Notes: a model not told the origin generated them from the sequence alone. A DNA stretch of 64,000 nt from Pseudomonadota bacterium (GCA_021798115.1 JAJZYM010000002.1:14872-78871); one strand, 5' to 3'. Positions 41,765 through 53,242 are shown, counted from the first letter of the stretch. Translations and numbers: made by a program.

Positions 41765-42835
41765 GTGGACACACGCACGCGCGGCCCGTCCGACGACGGT
41801 GGGACCGAGGAGGAGGAGCTCCGCTCGTTTCTTGAACGCGTCCGCGCGGCTCCCTCCCTTGAAGACCTCGAGAGCGTCCGGGTCGCTCTTCTCGGCCGCC
41901 GCGGGCTTCTGAGCGAGAAACTCCGCACCCTCGGCGCTCTTCCGCCGGCAGAGAGGGCCGCACGGGGGGAGCGTCTGAACGGCTTCCGCCGGGAGTTCGA
42001 GGGGGCGCTCGCCGCCCGGCGCCGGGCGCTCGAGGAGAGCGCACGCGAGGGGCATCTTCGGGCGGCGGCGGTCGATGTGACGCTCCCCGGCCGCGGCCGC
42101 CGGCCGGGGAGCGTCCACCCTCTCAGCCGGGCGATCGACGACATCCTCAGGCTCTTTCAGGCCCGGGGGTTCGTGCCGGTCGACGGCCCGGAGATCGAGG
42201 ACGAAGAGCACAACTTCACGGCTCTCAACATCCCGCCGGAGCACCCGGCACGGGCGCTCCACGACACTTTCTATGTCCCTGGCGGGAGCCTTCTCCGCAC
42301 ACATACGTCCCCCGTCCAGATCCGTTCGCTCGAGGACGAGGGACCACCTCTGCGCGTCCTCGCTGTCGGACGCGTCTACCGGCGCGATGCGGACGTCACG
42401 CACATGCCGATGTTCCACCAGGTCGAGGGGCTCTGGGTGGACGAGGGGGTGAGCTTTGCCGTGCTCAAGGGTCTTCTCACCGATGTGCTCCAGGAGTTCT
42501 TCGCCCGCGAGCTTCCGGTCCGTTTCCGCCCCTCGTACTTCCCGTTCACCGAACCCTCGGCCGAAGTGGACGTGGGCTGCGTCTTCTGCGACGGGAAGGG
42601 TTGCCGGGTGTGCAAAGGAAGCGGCTGGCTCGAGGTTCTCGGCTCGGGGCTCGTCCATCCGGCGCTCTACCGCCGTCTCGGGATCGATCCCGCGCGCTGG
42701 TCGGGCCTGGCCTTCGGTCTCGGAGTCGAGCGGCTCACGATGCTGCGCGATCGGGTCTCGGACATCCGCTACTTCTACGACAACGATCTCAGATTTCTCC
42801 GCTCACCCGGCGGCGAGAGCTACGTATGCGACTGA
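41765..42835 (+). CDS. pheS: Phenylalanine--tRNA ligase alpha
   Basis: HPAR..HDTF, LRTHTSPVQ, FHQVEG, FPFTEPS, AFGLGVER. Confidence 0.97.
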   Translation: MDTRTRGPSDDGGTEEEELRSFLERVRAAPSLEDLESVRVALLGRRGLLSEKLRTLGALPPAERAARGERLNGFRREFEGALAARRRALEESAREGHLRAAAVDVTLPGRGRRPGSVHPLSRAIDDILRLFQARGFVPVDGPEIEDEEHNFTALNIPPEHPARALHDTFYVPGGSLLRTHTSPVQIRSLEDEGPPLRVLAVGRVYRRDADVTHMPMFHQVEGLWVDEGVSFAVLKGLLTDVLQEFFARELPVRFRPSYFPFTEPSAEVDVGCVFCDGKGCRVCKGSGWLEVLGSGLVHPALYRRLGIDPARWSGLAFGLGVERLTMLRDRVSDIRYFYDNDLRFLRSPGGESYVCD

Positions 42836-45216
42836 GCCTCGGCTGGTTGCGCGAATGGGTCGATTGGGGCGGGGACGAGGGGCAGCTCCTCGAGCTCCTG
42901 CCCCTGCGCGGCTTCGAAGTCGAATCCGTCACGCCGTTCGCGGTGGCCTTCCGCGGCGTCCGTTTGGCCCGCATCGTCCGCGCGGAACCTCTCGCGGGGC
43001 GTGAGGGGGCGCTCTTCGAACTCGATCACGGCGCGGGGGATCACCCGCGGGTGGTGAGCGGTGATCCCCGTCTGGCTCCCGGCGACTGGGTGGCCTACGC
43101 CCCGCCCGGAGCGGTGGTGGCCACGGGCGAGGTCCGTCCGCGGGCGATTGGCGGCGTGACCTCGGAGGGCATGCTCACCTCGTGGTCCGAGCTCGGCCTC
43201 GGACGCGAGCACGACCGTGTGCTCGTCGTTCCCGATCCCGGAGCGCCGCCCGGGACGCCGTTTGACGCTCTCCTCGGGGTGGGTGAGACGCTGGTCGAAC
43301 TTGCGGTGACCCCCAACCGCGGGGACTGCATGAGCGTCCACGGTCTCGCGCGCGAGATCGCGGCCCTCTTCCGCGTGCCGCTCCTCCGTCGCCCGCCTCC
43401 GCCCGTCGCGGGACCGTGGCTCGAGGATCTCAGGATCGAGGACCCCGAGGCCTGCTCGTGGTTTGGGCTCTTCCCCGTCTCCGGTGTGCAGCCGCGCCGT
43501 CTCTCGCTTCGCCGAAGGCTCAGGCTCGAGCAGGCCGGTGTCTCCTCGCAGCACCCCCTCGTCGATCTCACCAACTACGTTCTTCTCGAGTTGGGCGAGC
43601 CGCTTCACGCTTTCGACGCCGCTTCGCTCGCCGGTGGAGTCCACGTCCGCTGGGGGCGGGAAGGGGAGACGCTCGAGCTCCTCGGCGGCGAGCGTCTCGC
43701 CTTGGGCTCCACGCATCTTGTCGTTGCCGACGAGACGGGTGCCCGTTCGCTCGCCGGTGTCCTCGGAGGCAAGACGAGCGCCCTCGGTGAAGAGACGCAA
43801 ACGGCCTGGGTGGAGGCGGCGCATTTCCGTCCCCGTGCCCTCGGGCGGCGTCCGGAGCGGCTGCGCATCGTCACCGACGCGGCACAGCGCTTCGAGCGGG
43901 GGGTCGACCCGACCCTCCCCCCGGTGGCGCTCGCGCGCTTCCTCGAGCTTCTCCGGGAGGAAGGCGTCGGGACCCTCGGCGGCCCGATACGCCGCGCGGT
44001 GGGGCGAGAACCCGAGCGCCGGAAGATCGTTCTTCCCGTGGGCGAGACGGGACGCCGTCTCGGGTGCGAGGAAGACGCTCTCGACATCCAGGCGCAGCTC
44101 GAGGCCCTCGGACTCGAACTCCGCGTCGGTCCCGAGGGTTACCAGGCACTTGTTCCGACCCACCGTTTCGATCTCGAGGAACCCATGGATCTCGTCGAGG
44201 AGGTCGCGCGCCTTTACGGTTACGAGAACATCGCTCCCGTCACCCCCAAGGGCCGCCTGGCCGCCGAGGCCGTACGCGACCAGACACCGCGCCACCGGCT
44301 CGAGGAGCGGGTGCGTCGTTTCCTTACGGCGCGCGGGTATGACGAGTGCCGTCATCTCGCCCTTGTCGACCCCGAATCCCTGAAGAGTCTCGAACCGGAG
44401 CTCGATCCCGTCGTCCTCGAGAACCCCCTTTCGCGCGAAACTGCGGCCCTTGCGACGACGCTCTGGAGTCGTCTCCTCCGCACCGCACGGGAGAACCTCC
44501 ACCGCCAGCAGGAGGCGGTACGGCTTTTCGAGATCGGCACCGTCTTCCTCCCGCAGGGGGCGGAGGTCGAGGAGCGCCGCGTCCTGGCCGTGCTGGGGAC
44601 GGGTGCGGCGTGGCCCGCACGCTGGTGCCATGAAAAGCGGCCCTACGACTTCTACGATCTCAAAGGCGATCTCGACGATCTTCTGCGCGTTCTCGGTGGT
44701 CGTGACGGTGAAGCGAGCCCAAATGGTTATTCCTGGAGCGCGGGACGGCATCCCGCGCTCAATCCTTACGCCTGTGCACGCCTGCGTCTCGGCGACCGGG
44801 ACGCCGGTCTACTCGGCTCCCTCCATCCCGAGCAGGCGAAAATCTTCGACCTGAACGGTGGCGTCTTCATATCATCTATTGAAATCAACAAGTTATATGA
44901 TATTCATCAATCTTTTTATGAAGACCCGCCACGTTATCCCATGGTCGTTCGTGATCTCGCTTTCGTGCTTCCCGCAGAACGAACGGTGGGGGACCTCGTG
45001 GGCCTCTTGCGCGCCGAGGGCGGCGGGATTTTGCGCACGGTCGAGGTCTTCGACGTTTATTCGGGCTGCGAATTGCCTGAAGGGCGGCGCAGCATCGCCG
45101 TCCGCTTGACGTGCGCCGACACTCGTGGCACTCTATCCGACGACAAAGTCGCGCAGCTCCTTGCGCGTCTCGTCAAGGTTGTGGAAGGGGGGCTTGGTGG
45201 CCAAGTACGTCGATAA
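42826..45216 (+). CDS. pheT: Phenylalanine--tRNA ligase beta
   Basis: TPNRGDCMS, DLTNY, GEPLHAFD, RFERG, DLVEEVAR, C-terminal RDLAF. Confidence 0.96.
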   Translation: MRLSLGWLREWVDWGGDEGQLLELLPLRGFEVESVTPFAVAFRGVRLARIVRAEPLAGREGALFELDHGAGDHPRVVSGDPRLAPGDWVAYAPPGAVVATGEVRPRAIGGVTSEGMLTSWSELGLGREHDRVLVVPDPGAPPGTPFDALLGVGETLVELAVTPNRGDCMSVHGLAREIAALFRVPLLRRPPPPVAGPWLEDLRIEDPEACSWFGLFPVSGVQPRRLSLRRRLRLEQAGVSSQHPLVDLTNYVLLELGEPLHAFDAASLAGGVHVRWGREGETLELLGGERLALGSTHLVVADETGARSLAGVLGGKTSALGEETQTAWVEAAHFRPRALGRRPERLRIVTDAAQRFERGVDPTLPPVALARFLELLREEGVGTLGGPIRRAVGREPERRKIVLPVGETGRRLGCEEDALDIQAQLEALGLELRVGPEGYQALVPTHRFDLEEPMDLVEEVARLYGYENIAPVTPKGRLAAEAVRDQTPRHRLEERVRRFLTARGYDECRHLALVDPESLKSLEPELDPVVLENPLSRETAALATTLWSRLLRTARENLHRQQEAVRLFEIGTVFLPQGAEVEERRVLAVLGTGAAWPARWCHEKRPYDFYDLKGDLDDLLRVLGGRDGEASPNGYSWSAGRHPALNPYACARLRLGDRDAGLLGSLHPEQAKIFDLNGGVFISSIEINKLYDIHQSFYEDPPRYPMVVRDLAFVLPAERTVGDLVGLLRAEGGGILRTVEVFDVYSGCELPEGRRSIAVRLTCADTRGTLSDDKVAQLLARLVKVVEGGLGGQVRR
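44883..44895 (+). promoter_or_regulatory. IHF-binding consensus inside pheT, upstream of ihfA
   Basis: AATCAACAAGTTA matches WATCAANNNNTTR, within an AT-rich patch of about 60 nt. Confidence 0.65.
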
Positions 45217-45220
45217 AGAG

Positions 45221-45523
45221 TTGCCGTCCCTCACCAAGGCGCAGATCGCCGAGGAGATCCATCAGCGGATCGGCCTGAGCAAGAAGGAGTGTCTCGAGAT
45301 CGTGCAAGGTTTCTTCACGGCCCTCGCCGATTCGCTCGAAGAGGGCTACGCGATCCGCATCTCGGGCTTCGGCAACTTCACCCTTCACGACAAGGGCCCA
45401 CGGCCGGGACGCAATCCGCGCACGCTCGAGGAAGTCCCGATTGAGGCCCGTCGGGTCGTCGTCTTCCACGCTGGACAAAAACTGAGAAAACGCGTTGATG
45501 GTTATGCTGCAAAACGGAAATAA
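45221..45523 (+). CDS. ihfA: Integration host factor alpha
   Basis: LTKA, ISGFGNF, RPGRNP, RRVVVF; start TTG 45221 or GTG 45197. Confidence 0.95.
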   Translation: MPSLTKAQIAEEIHQRIGLSKKECLEIVQGFFTALADSLEEGYAIRISGFGNFTLHDKGPRPGRNPRTLEEVPIEARRVVVFHAGQKLRKRVDGYAAKRK

Positions 45524-45866
45524 TGCGAACGACGGTCTCCCGCCGATACCGGCGCGGCGCTACTTCACCATCGGGGACGTGAGCCAGCTCTGCGGCGTCA
45601 AACCCCACGTCCTTCGTTATTGGGAACAGGAGTTCCCCCAGCTTCGTCCCGTCAAGAGACAGGGCAACCGCCGTTACTACCAGCGTCAGGACCTCTTGCT
45701 CGTGCGCCAGATCCGCGCCTTGCTGTATGATGACGGCTATACGATCGTGGGAGCACGGCAGAAACTCGAAGGAACGGAGGCGCAGAAGGACCGCAGCCAA
45801 AGAGCCCAGCTCGCCCGCGAGCTTCGTCTCGAACTCGAGGACGTGCTTCAGATCCTCCGCCGCTGA
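45504..45866 (+). CDS. MerR-family regulator conserved after ihfA
   Basis: IPARRYFTIG, HVLRYWEQEF, NRRYY, GYTI.GA. Confidence 0.93.
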   Translation: MLQNGNNANDGLPPIPARRYFTIGDVSQLCGVKPHVLRYWEQEFPQLRPVKRQGNRRYYQRQDLLLVRQIRALLYDDGYTIVGARQKLEGTEAQKDRSQRAQLARELRLELEDVLQILRR

Positions 45867-45885
45867 GGCGGGTCGGAACGAACAT

Positions 45886-45962
45886 CGGGGTGTAGCGCAG
45901 CCTGGTAGCGCACCTGCATGGGGTGCAGGTGGTCGGAGGTTCAAATCCTCTCACCCCGACCA
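45886..45962 (+). tRNA. tRNA-Pro (GGG)
   Basis: Cloverleaf; anticodon arm CCTGC-ATGGGGT-GCAGG; GTTCAAA; encoded CCA. Confidence 0.97.
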
Positions 45963-45989
45963 ATCAACAATCGGAATCGATAGGTTGAA

Positions 45990-46206
45990 GAACAGGCCCG
46001 GCCTTGCCGTCCAGGGCTGCCCCACGGTCCTCGAAGTGCCTGACGATGTCCTGCGCGACCAAGCTCAAACGCTTGTCCGCGCCCCCCAAGGTCTCGACGG
46101 TAGCCCGCTTCGGCTTGGTGCGGCGCGTGAGGACTCAGTGGTGATCGAGCGTGCGCAACGGATCCCGCAGTACGCTTTCGGCCTCGGCCTCCGACAGAAA
46201 CGCCAT
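45990..46206 (-). pseudogene. Type I restriction subunit HsdR remnant
   Basis: N-terminal MAFLSEAEAE joined to mid-protein DKRLSLVAQDIVRHFEDR and, frameshifted, AALDGKA. Confidence 0.65.
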
Positions 46207-46209
46207 CGT

Positions 46210-47207
<998 letters not shown>

Positions 47208-47211
<4 letters not shown>

Positions 47212-47664
47212 AATCCGCGCTCCTTGAGAAAGGTTGCGGCGTCGTTGATGCGGATGGCGCCGGAAATCAGCTTGGGCAGTAGGGTGTCACGGAGTTCGGC
47301 GAGGGAGCGGGACTCGCATTCGCTTTCTGCCGGCTGTCGATATAGGGAGCCGTGCAACTCGGTGAAATTTGTCAGCCCCGAATCAGAAGGGACCGCGACT
47401 CCAATAAGCCGAAGGTTGCTCTTAATGATCTCAAGGAGCGTCGAGCCGTTGGCATGACCGACGACGGCATCCGTGTTTTCCTTGCACCAGTGAAGAACGC
47501 AGATGTTGGGCAGGATAGCGTCGCGTTTCACATCGCGATGAAGCCTTGATTGATCCCTGTCGGCACTTCGGCAATCGCCAAACAGCCGATGGGTGCCCGT
47601 AAAACTGATCCCGCTCGTGGCATCCCGCCGCGCGGTATCGGTATGCCGGATCTTTCCCTTGCCT
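47208..47664 (-). pseudogene. Type I specificity subunit HsdS remnant
   Basis: C-terminal [34 protein letters not shown] lies in another frame; most of the gene is missing. Confidence 0.75.
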
Positions 47665-48747
47665 TCATACGCTGGGGGCGTCATGTTCAGCTCCGCTGAG
47701 AATGTCGAAGAGCGGCTGGTTGATGTAGTAGTTGCTGCGGCCGATCTTGCGCTTGCGCAGAGTGCCGTCGGTCACGAGCGCGTCGAGGTATTTGGTGGCG
47801 GTCAGACGCGAGACGCCCAGGTCTCTCTGGATGAATTCGATCTTTGTGTAGGGGTGGCTGAACAGGTTGTTGATCAGGTCCTGACTGTAAAACTTGTGCC
47901 GTGCCCGGATGTGCTGCTTGGTCTTAAGCAGAAGCCGCTTGATGGCCTGAAGGGTGCCGATGGTCTCGGCCGCGGTCTGTTCGACGGCGGTGAGCATGTA
48001 CAGCACCCAGTCCTCCCAGGCGTCGCGGGCGCGAACCTCTTGCAGCAGTCGGTAGTAATCGGCCTTGGTGCGCAGGATGTGGCGGCTCAAGTAAAGTACG
48101 GGAATGTCGAGCAGACCTTCCTTGACGAGGTAGAGGACATTGACGATGCGGCCCGTGCGGCCGTTGCCGTCGTAGAAGGGGTGGATGCTCTCGAACTGGT
48201 GATGGATCAGCGCCATGCGGATCAGCGGGTCGGCATCGAAGGGCGGCTGGCCGTGCCAGAAGCGCTCGAGTTCCCCCATCAGCCGTTCGACCTCGCGGGC
48301 ATCCTGGGGCGGTTCATAAATGGTGCGGCCCGCGCCATCCTTGAGCACGGTGCCGGGCAGTTTGCGCAGGCCAGCACGGTTGGTTTCGATCTCGGCCTGG
48401 ATGTCGAGCACGGTGTTGAGGGTGAGCAGCCCGGTACTGCGCACGCGCTCGAACCCCGCACGCAGGGATTGCCGGTAGCGCAACACTTCCCTGGCCGCTG
48501 GATCGGCTTGGTGGGGCGCGCCTTCCTGGTAGAGCTTATCGTGGCTGGTGACGATGTTTTCGATCGCCGAGCTGTCCTTCGCCTCCTGCAAGGATAGGGT
48601 GTTGATCAAAATGCCCTGATTGGGGATGGTGACCGCCACGCCTTTGAGCTCCGCCAGGTTGCGGCTGGCCAGCGCCAGTTTTTTGAGAATGGTCGGAATT
48701 TCGAAGCGGTGCGCGTCGAGGGTGTGAAGTGGAGGCAGCGAGGTCAT
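47665..48747 (-). CDS. Fic-family adenylyltransferase (class II, SoFic-like, C-terminal wHTH)
   Basis: Inhibitory SSAIEN motif, [13 protein letters not shown]-terminal [10 protein letters not shown]. Confidence 0.9.
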   Translation of the reverse strand: MTSLPPLHTLDAHRFEIPTILKKLALASRNLAELKGVAVTIPNQGILINTLSLQEAKDSSAIENIVTSHDKLYQEGAPHQADPAAREVLRYRQSLRAGFERVRSTGLLTLNTVLDIQAEIETNRAGLRKLPGTVLKDGAGRTIYEPPQDAREVERLMGELERFWHGQPPFDADPLIRMALIHHQFESIHPFYDGNGRTGRIVNVLYLVKEGLLDIPVLYLSRHILRTKADYYRLLQEVRARDAWEDWVLYMLTAVEQTAAETIGTLQAIKRLLLKTKQHIRARHKFYSQDLINNLFSHPYTKIEFIQRDLGVSRLTATKYLDALVTDGTLRKRKIGRSNYYINQPLFDILSGAEHDAPSV

Positions 48748-48765
48748 CGCGGTCACTCGTTTGTT

Positions 48766-48814
48766 GTGTATAGATAATATCGCTTTACTATACACGATTT
48801 ACCAACATGTTCAA
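48766..48814 (-). promoter_or_regulatory. fic promoter with overlapping palindromic operator
   Basis: TTGAAC-N16-TATAGT; inverted repeat GTGTATAG-N14-CTATACAC at 48766-48795. Confidence 0.55.
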
Positions 48815-48848
48815 TATTCGCCCCATTGCTAGTCATGTCCTTCTCCTC

Positions 48849-48975
48849 TCAAAAGCCCATCTCCCGCAAATTGGCCTCGATCGCGGCATCCAGCCGTGCG
48901 GCTTCCTCGCGATGCTGCCGCCCTGCTGGGAGAGCCGCGCCATCTTTTCTGCGAAGGGCTCGCCGTCGTCCTGGC
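48849..48975 (-). pseudogene. Type I methyltransferase HsdM C-terminal remnant
   Basis: DDGEPFAEKMARL then, frameshifted, EEAARLDAAIEANLREMGF-stop. Confidence 0.75.
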
Positions 48976-49176
48976 TACGCGATGCCGAGGAGGTGCGCGT
49001 TCTTTCGTGACCTACCTACGCCCGCCGAACTTCAGGCGATGGCCGATCGTTGGGCGGTCGTCGATAACCAGGCCAAGCGCTTGGCCGACCGGAACATCCA
49101 CGCACTTGCCGACATGAACCTCACGACCCTCGACCGGGTCACGCATTTTCTTGCGGCAACGGCCGCGACGGGCTGA
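48975..49176 (+). pseudogene. TrpR-like (YerC/YecD) repressor remnant
   Basis: LRDAEEVR, frameshift, FFRDLPTPAELQAMADRWAVV...TTLDRV; no N-terminus. Confidence 0.6.
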
Positions 49177-49198
49177 TCGCGCAACCTCGACGGCTCCG

Positions 49199-49741
49199 TC
49201 ATGAGGTGGGTGACCCCAGATCCGGTGTGGTCCCCGCTCGGTAACGGAGGTTCCCCGACGGCAACCAGGTGTGAATCGTCGCATGGTGTTCGGACCAGAA
49301 CGACCACACACATTTCGCCCAAGCGTGGACGAGATCGTGGTGTTCCTGTACCGTGCAGGCCTTTTGCACATCGGCGACCGTCCGCGCGTATGTCCCGACG
49401 GGCGGTGGCAACCAGCGATACTTCCCTTTGGCCTGGATGGCCACGCCGATGGCCTCGGTGGCACGGTGCATGTCGACGTCGTATTCCAGGATCAGACAAA
49501 GAGAGATCAGATGCACGGCCACCGATTGAATGCTCTGGGGGGAGGATCGACCCGGATGTTGAACGGCGTACGCATCGACCGTGAGTCGATGGATGTGCGC
49601 GTATCGGGGGTCCGTGTACTCGCGGGCAAGGACCTCGCCGTAAGCGGCCCAGCAACCCGCCGAGGATTCCATGTAACGGTGCACCGGGCCGTCGATGTCC
49701 TGGAACAGCGCGCCGCAGCCGGGGCAGGGAAGCTCTCTCAT
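49199..49741 (-). CDS. DUF5946-like hypothetical protein
   Basis: CPGCG, HRYM..S.GCW, VDAYAVQHP, SVAVHL..L. Confidence 0.65.
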   Translation of the reverse strand: MRELPCPGCGALFQDIDGPVHRYMESSAGCWAAYGEVLAREYTDPRYAHIHRLTVDAYAVQHPGRSSPQSIQSVAVHLISLCLILEYDVDMHRATEAIGVAIQAKGKYRWLPPPVGTYARTVADVQKACTVQEHHDLVHAWAKCVWSFWSEHHATIHTWLPSGNLRYRAGTTPDLGSPTS

Positions 49742-49925
49742 ACGGTCTCGTGCAACTTTATGCAGGAGGGGGGACGATGATACCCCGCATCTGAGCGGAC
49801 TCAGGAGCTGGAGCGTGACACCGTTCGCCGGCTGGCCCTTAGAGGCTTTGCGTCCCTGGATCGACATCGGGGGCCTTGCCACTCCGAGAAGGCTGTGCCG
49901 CTCAGCCTGCGTCGCCGGCCCGAGT

Positions 49926-50726
49926 TCATCCGCCGCTCACGATCAGCACTCCGACGACCACGAGGAACCCCGCAAACACGCGCTTGAGAGCGGCTCCCGA
50001 GATCGCGTGGGCCGTGCGGACGCCCCAGGGCGCCGCCGCCGCGGCCGCCACGGCCGTGATCAAGGCGGCGGGAAGGTAGACGTCGCCCACCGTCCCCTCC
50101 GGCAAGGGGACGTGGGTCGTGTGTGTGGCGAGGAGATAGCCGGCTGTCCCCGCCAACGTGAGGACGAACCCGCAGAGAGCGCTTGTTCCCACGGCCTTCA
50201 CGGGACGCACGCCCAGGTTCAAGAGAAGGGGAACCGTCAGCGAGCCGCCGCCAATTCCGAGGACGGCGGAGAAGGCGCCGATGCCACCGCCGGCGACCAG
50301 AAGCCAGGGCGATCGCGGCACGCGATCCTCGTTTTCCACGGGCCGAGATTTCCCAAACGCCATCCGCCAGGCCATGAAGCCGCAGAAGAGTGCCAAAGTC
50401 CAGCGAAGGGCGGATTCGGGAAGATCGTCGGCGAGGCGCGCCCCGAGAATTGCGCCGAGGATCATGCCCGGAGCGAGCCACATCCAGCTCGACCAGACGA
50501 TGCTTCCGCGGCGAAGATGGGCGAGGGAGGAGGATGCGAAGGTGAAGATGATGCTGGTCAGCGATGTCGCGATCGCCACATGCATGACCACCGAGTGCGG
50601 GAAGCCGAGGGTCGGAAGGACCAGGCTCAGGGCCGCGACGACGAGAAGCCCCCCGCCGATGCCGAGGAGCCCGCCGAGATAACCGGCCGCGGCCCCGGCG
50701 GCGAGGAGAAGAAGAAAACCGGTCAC
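49926..50726 (-). CDS. TauE/SafE (TSUP) membrane transporter
   Basis: GLLGIGGG and AVLGIGGG repeats, AIATSL, AVGTS; about 8 TM; start could be as far up as 50834. Confidence 0.88.
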   Translation of the reverse strand: MTGFLLLLAAGAAAGYLGGLLGIGGGLLVVAALSLVLPTLGFPHSVVMHVAIATSLTSIIFTFASSSLAHLRRGSIVWSSWMWLAPGMILGAILGARLADDLPESALRWTLALFCGFMAWRMAFGKSRPVENEDRVPRSPWLLVAGGGIGAFSAVLGIGGGSLTVPLLLNLGVRPVKAVGTSALCGFVLTLAGTAGYLLATHTTHVPLPEGTVGDVYLPAALITAVAAAAAAPWGVRTAHAISGAALKRVFAGFLVVVGVLIVSGG

Positions 50727-50851
50727 CAAGAAAGACGCCTCGTCGGCAAAGGAGGATCGAGGGCGCCCCTCCGCTCCGTGTGCGGAGGGAGTGGCCTCGG
50801 AGGCCGGGCGTGCGGGTGGCTCCTTCCCCCGCACGTCCGCCGCTTCGGCTG

Positions 50852-53035
50852 TCAGCCGTGTGGACGAGGGGATGTCGCGTCCACAGGAATCCCCTTCATG
50901 CCAATGTAGTAACCGACAAAACCCCAGTCTTCCGCCTTGTGACGGATGAGCTTGTCGAGCGGCATATAGATGTGGCTCGTGTGGTGGGCGACGTGCAGGA
51001 GCACGGGGTTCGGGCAGGCCTGATCGTGCTGGAGCGTCGCCGCGAACTTGTAAGAGTTGCTGGGATCCACCCGGTCGTCATCGGTCGAGGTCGTCACCAG
51101 CGTCGGGGGGTAGCAAACCCCGGGATGGACGTTCTGCAGGGGTGAATAGGCGTACAACCAGTGAAAATCCGCCTTCTTGCGCGGGTCACCGTATTCCGCG
51201 ATCCAGTATTCCCCGCCCGAGAACTTCTCGAAACGTAGCATGTCGAGAACCCCGTGGCCGACGTAGACCGCCCCGAAGAGATGCGGCTCTTGTGTCAGGC
51301 TCGCTCCGGTGAGGAGACCCCCGTTCGAGTAGCCCATGATCCCGAGATGCGCCCGGTTTGTGTAACGGTGACGGATGAGCCAGCGTGCGGCGTTGTAGAA
51401 ATCGTCAAAGACGTTCTGCTTGTGGTTGAGCATCCCCGCGCGGTGCCAGGCCTGACCGTAGACGCCTCCGCCGCGGAGATTGGGTTCTGCGTAGACACCG
51501 CCGTCGCGGACCCAGACCGCCACTTCGGGATCGAAGTACGGGGTGTTGGTGATGTCGAAGCCACCGTAGCCGGTGAGGATCGTGGGCGTTGCGCCCCCGG
51601 GGACGAATCCCCGCCGGGTGACGAGGAACATGGGGACTTTCACCCCTCCGGTCGAGCGGTAGAAGACCTCGCGTGTGGCGTAATGACGCGGGTTGAAGGG
51701 GACCCGGGGTGCGAAGAGAACGCGGTGGCGCCCACTACGGACGTTGAGCCTCAGGATCTCGGTGGGGTGGAGAAAGGACGTGTAGGCGTAATAGACCACA
51801 GGCGAGTGGCTGTGTGTGGAGAATCCGCTCGCGGTGCCCATCCGTCCCGGGAGGGGGAGGGTGCGGAGCCGCCGCCCGTTCAGGCCGTAGAGCGAGAGTG
51901 TCGAGACCGCATTCGCCATGCGGTGCACGACGAGTCGGCCCGCCGCGAGGTGCGCGCCGACGAGCACCGCGTGTGTCTCGGGTACCACGGTCTTCCACGA
52001 CGAGGGCGGTCCAGGACGGTTGAGAGGAACCGCGACCACCCGCCCGAGAGGAGCGTCCTTGTCGGTCTGAACGTAAAGGGTGTGTCCGACGACGCCGATC
52101 GGAATGTAACTCGCGTCGTTGCGGGTGAAGAGCGGGCGAAAGTGGAGATGCGTCGCTCGGCGCCCGAGGCGCGCGACGGCGAGCTCGTTGCGCGTGATGT
52201 CGAACTGGGTGGTGACGAAAAGATAGCGCTCGCCGTCGAGCGTACTGCCCTCGACGATCCATTCCGGCCGGTGGGGAAGAGCAAAGACCGGCCGATCATC
52301 ACGTTGGGGTTCCCCGATCCGGTGGTAGTAGAGCGTCTGGTGGTAGAGGCGAACCCCGATCGCGTTGTGTGCCGGCGGGCGGGGGTAACGTGAGTAATAG
52401 AACCCACGGCTGTTCCGCGTCCAGGCGATGTTCGAGAACTTGACCCAGCGGACCGCGTGCGGAAGCGTGCGCCCGGTCTTGAGATCGAGGACGTGGATCG
52501 TTTGCCAGTCCGAGCCTCCGACCGAAAGGGCGTAGGCCAAGTAGCGACCGTTCGGGGAGGGGACGAAATTGGCCAGGGCGATCGTCCCGTTGGGCGAAAG
52601 GATGTTGGGGTTCAGGACGACGCGGGGCTTCGGGCTGCCGATGCGCCTTTCCATGACCACCGACTGGTTCTCGAGCCCGTTGTTTTTGGTGTAGAAGAGA
52701 CGCCCGCCCGCCTCGACGGGGACGCTCTCGCGGGCGTGGTTCCACAGCCGGCGGATTTGGGCCTCGAGCCGCGGGACGAGGGGGTTTGTCGCCAGGACGC
52801 GGAGCGTGAGGGCGTTTTCCTTGCCGATCCAGCGACGAAGCCGCGGGCTATCCAGCTTCTCCATCCAGCGGTAGGGACCGGGAACGAGCGTGCCGAAATA
52901 GTTGGTGACGACGCGGTCCCGGTACGCCGGTGGGTAAGAGGGACGGGGGGCAGCGACCGCCGTTGCCAAGCCTCCCGCAATCAGGACGACGGGGGCGAGG
53001 TGCGTGAAGGACAAAAGTCGGGTGCGGGAGGTCAT
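50852..53035 (-). CDS. Secreted prolyl oligopeptidase (S9A)
   Basis: Signal peptide, PYRWME, GGSDW, GYGGF, NLRGGG, catalytic GYSNGG, DDRV. Confidence 0.93.
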   Translation of the reverse strand: MTSRTRLLSFTHLAPVVLIAGGLATAVAAPRPSYPPAYRDRVVTNYFGTLVPGPYRWMEKLDSPRLRRWIGKENALTLRVLATNPLVPRLEAQIRRLWNHARESVPVEAGGRLFYTKNNGLENQSVVMERRIGSPKPRVVLNPNILSPNGTIALANFVPSPNGRYLAYALSVGGSDWQTIHVLDLKTGRTLPHAVRWVKFSNIAWTRNSRGFYYSRYPRPPAHNAIGVRLYHQTLYYHRIGEPQRDDRPVFALPHRPEWIVEGSTLDGERYLFVTTQFDITRNELAVARLGRRATHLHFRPLFTRNDASYIPIGVVGHTLYVQTDKDAPLGRVVAVPLNRPGPPSSWKTVVPETHAVLVGAHLAAGRLVVHRMANAVSTLSLYGLNGRRLRTLPLPGRMGTASGFSTHSHSPVVYYAYTSFLHPTEILRLNVRSGRHRVLFAPRVPFNPRHYATREVFYRSTGGVKVPMFLVTRRGFVPGGATPTILTGYGGFDITNTPYFDPEVAVWVRDGGVYAEPNLRGGGVYGQAWHRAGMLNHKQNVFDDFYNAARWLIRHRYTNRAHLGIMGYSNGGLLTGASLTQEPHLFGAVYVGHGVLDMLRFEKFSGGEYWIAEYGDPRKKADFHWLYAYSPLQNVHPGVCYPPTLVTTSTDDDRVDPSNSYKFAATLQHDQACPNPVLLHVAHHTSHIYMPLDKLIRHKAEDWGFVGYYIGMKGIPVDATSPRPHG

Positions 53036-53242
53036 GAATCGGCTCTCGTGGCGGCTCGGGATGAAGCTCTTTGTAACACAGAAGAACGAAGATGCGCAAG
53101 TCTTGGCCAGGATCCAGAAGGGAACTGCGTCTCGCATGGAATCTCGTGTTTTAGTTTCCCCGTACACCAGTTTCGAGCATAGCTCGGGCGGTCCCTGGGG
53201 CTAGAATGATCCGGTGGGATGTTGCCAATTCGGGGGGGAACC

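Noticed and set aside
42577..42615. CxxC...CxxC cluster in PheS
   Set aside because: A widespread, known PheS insertion
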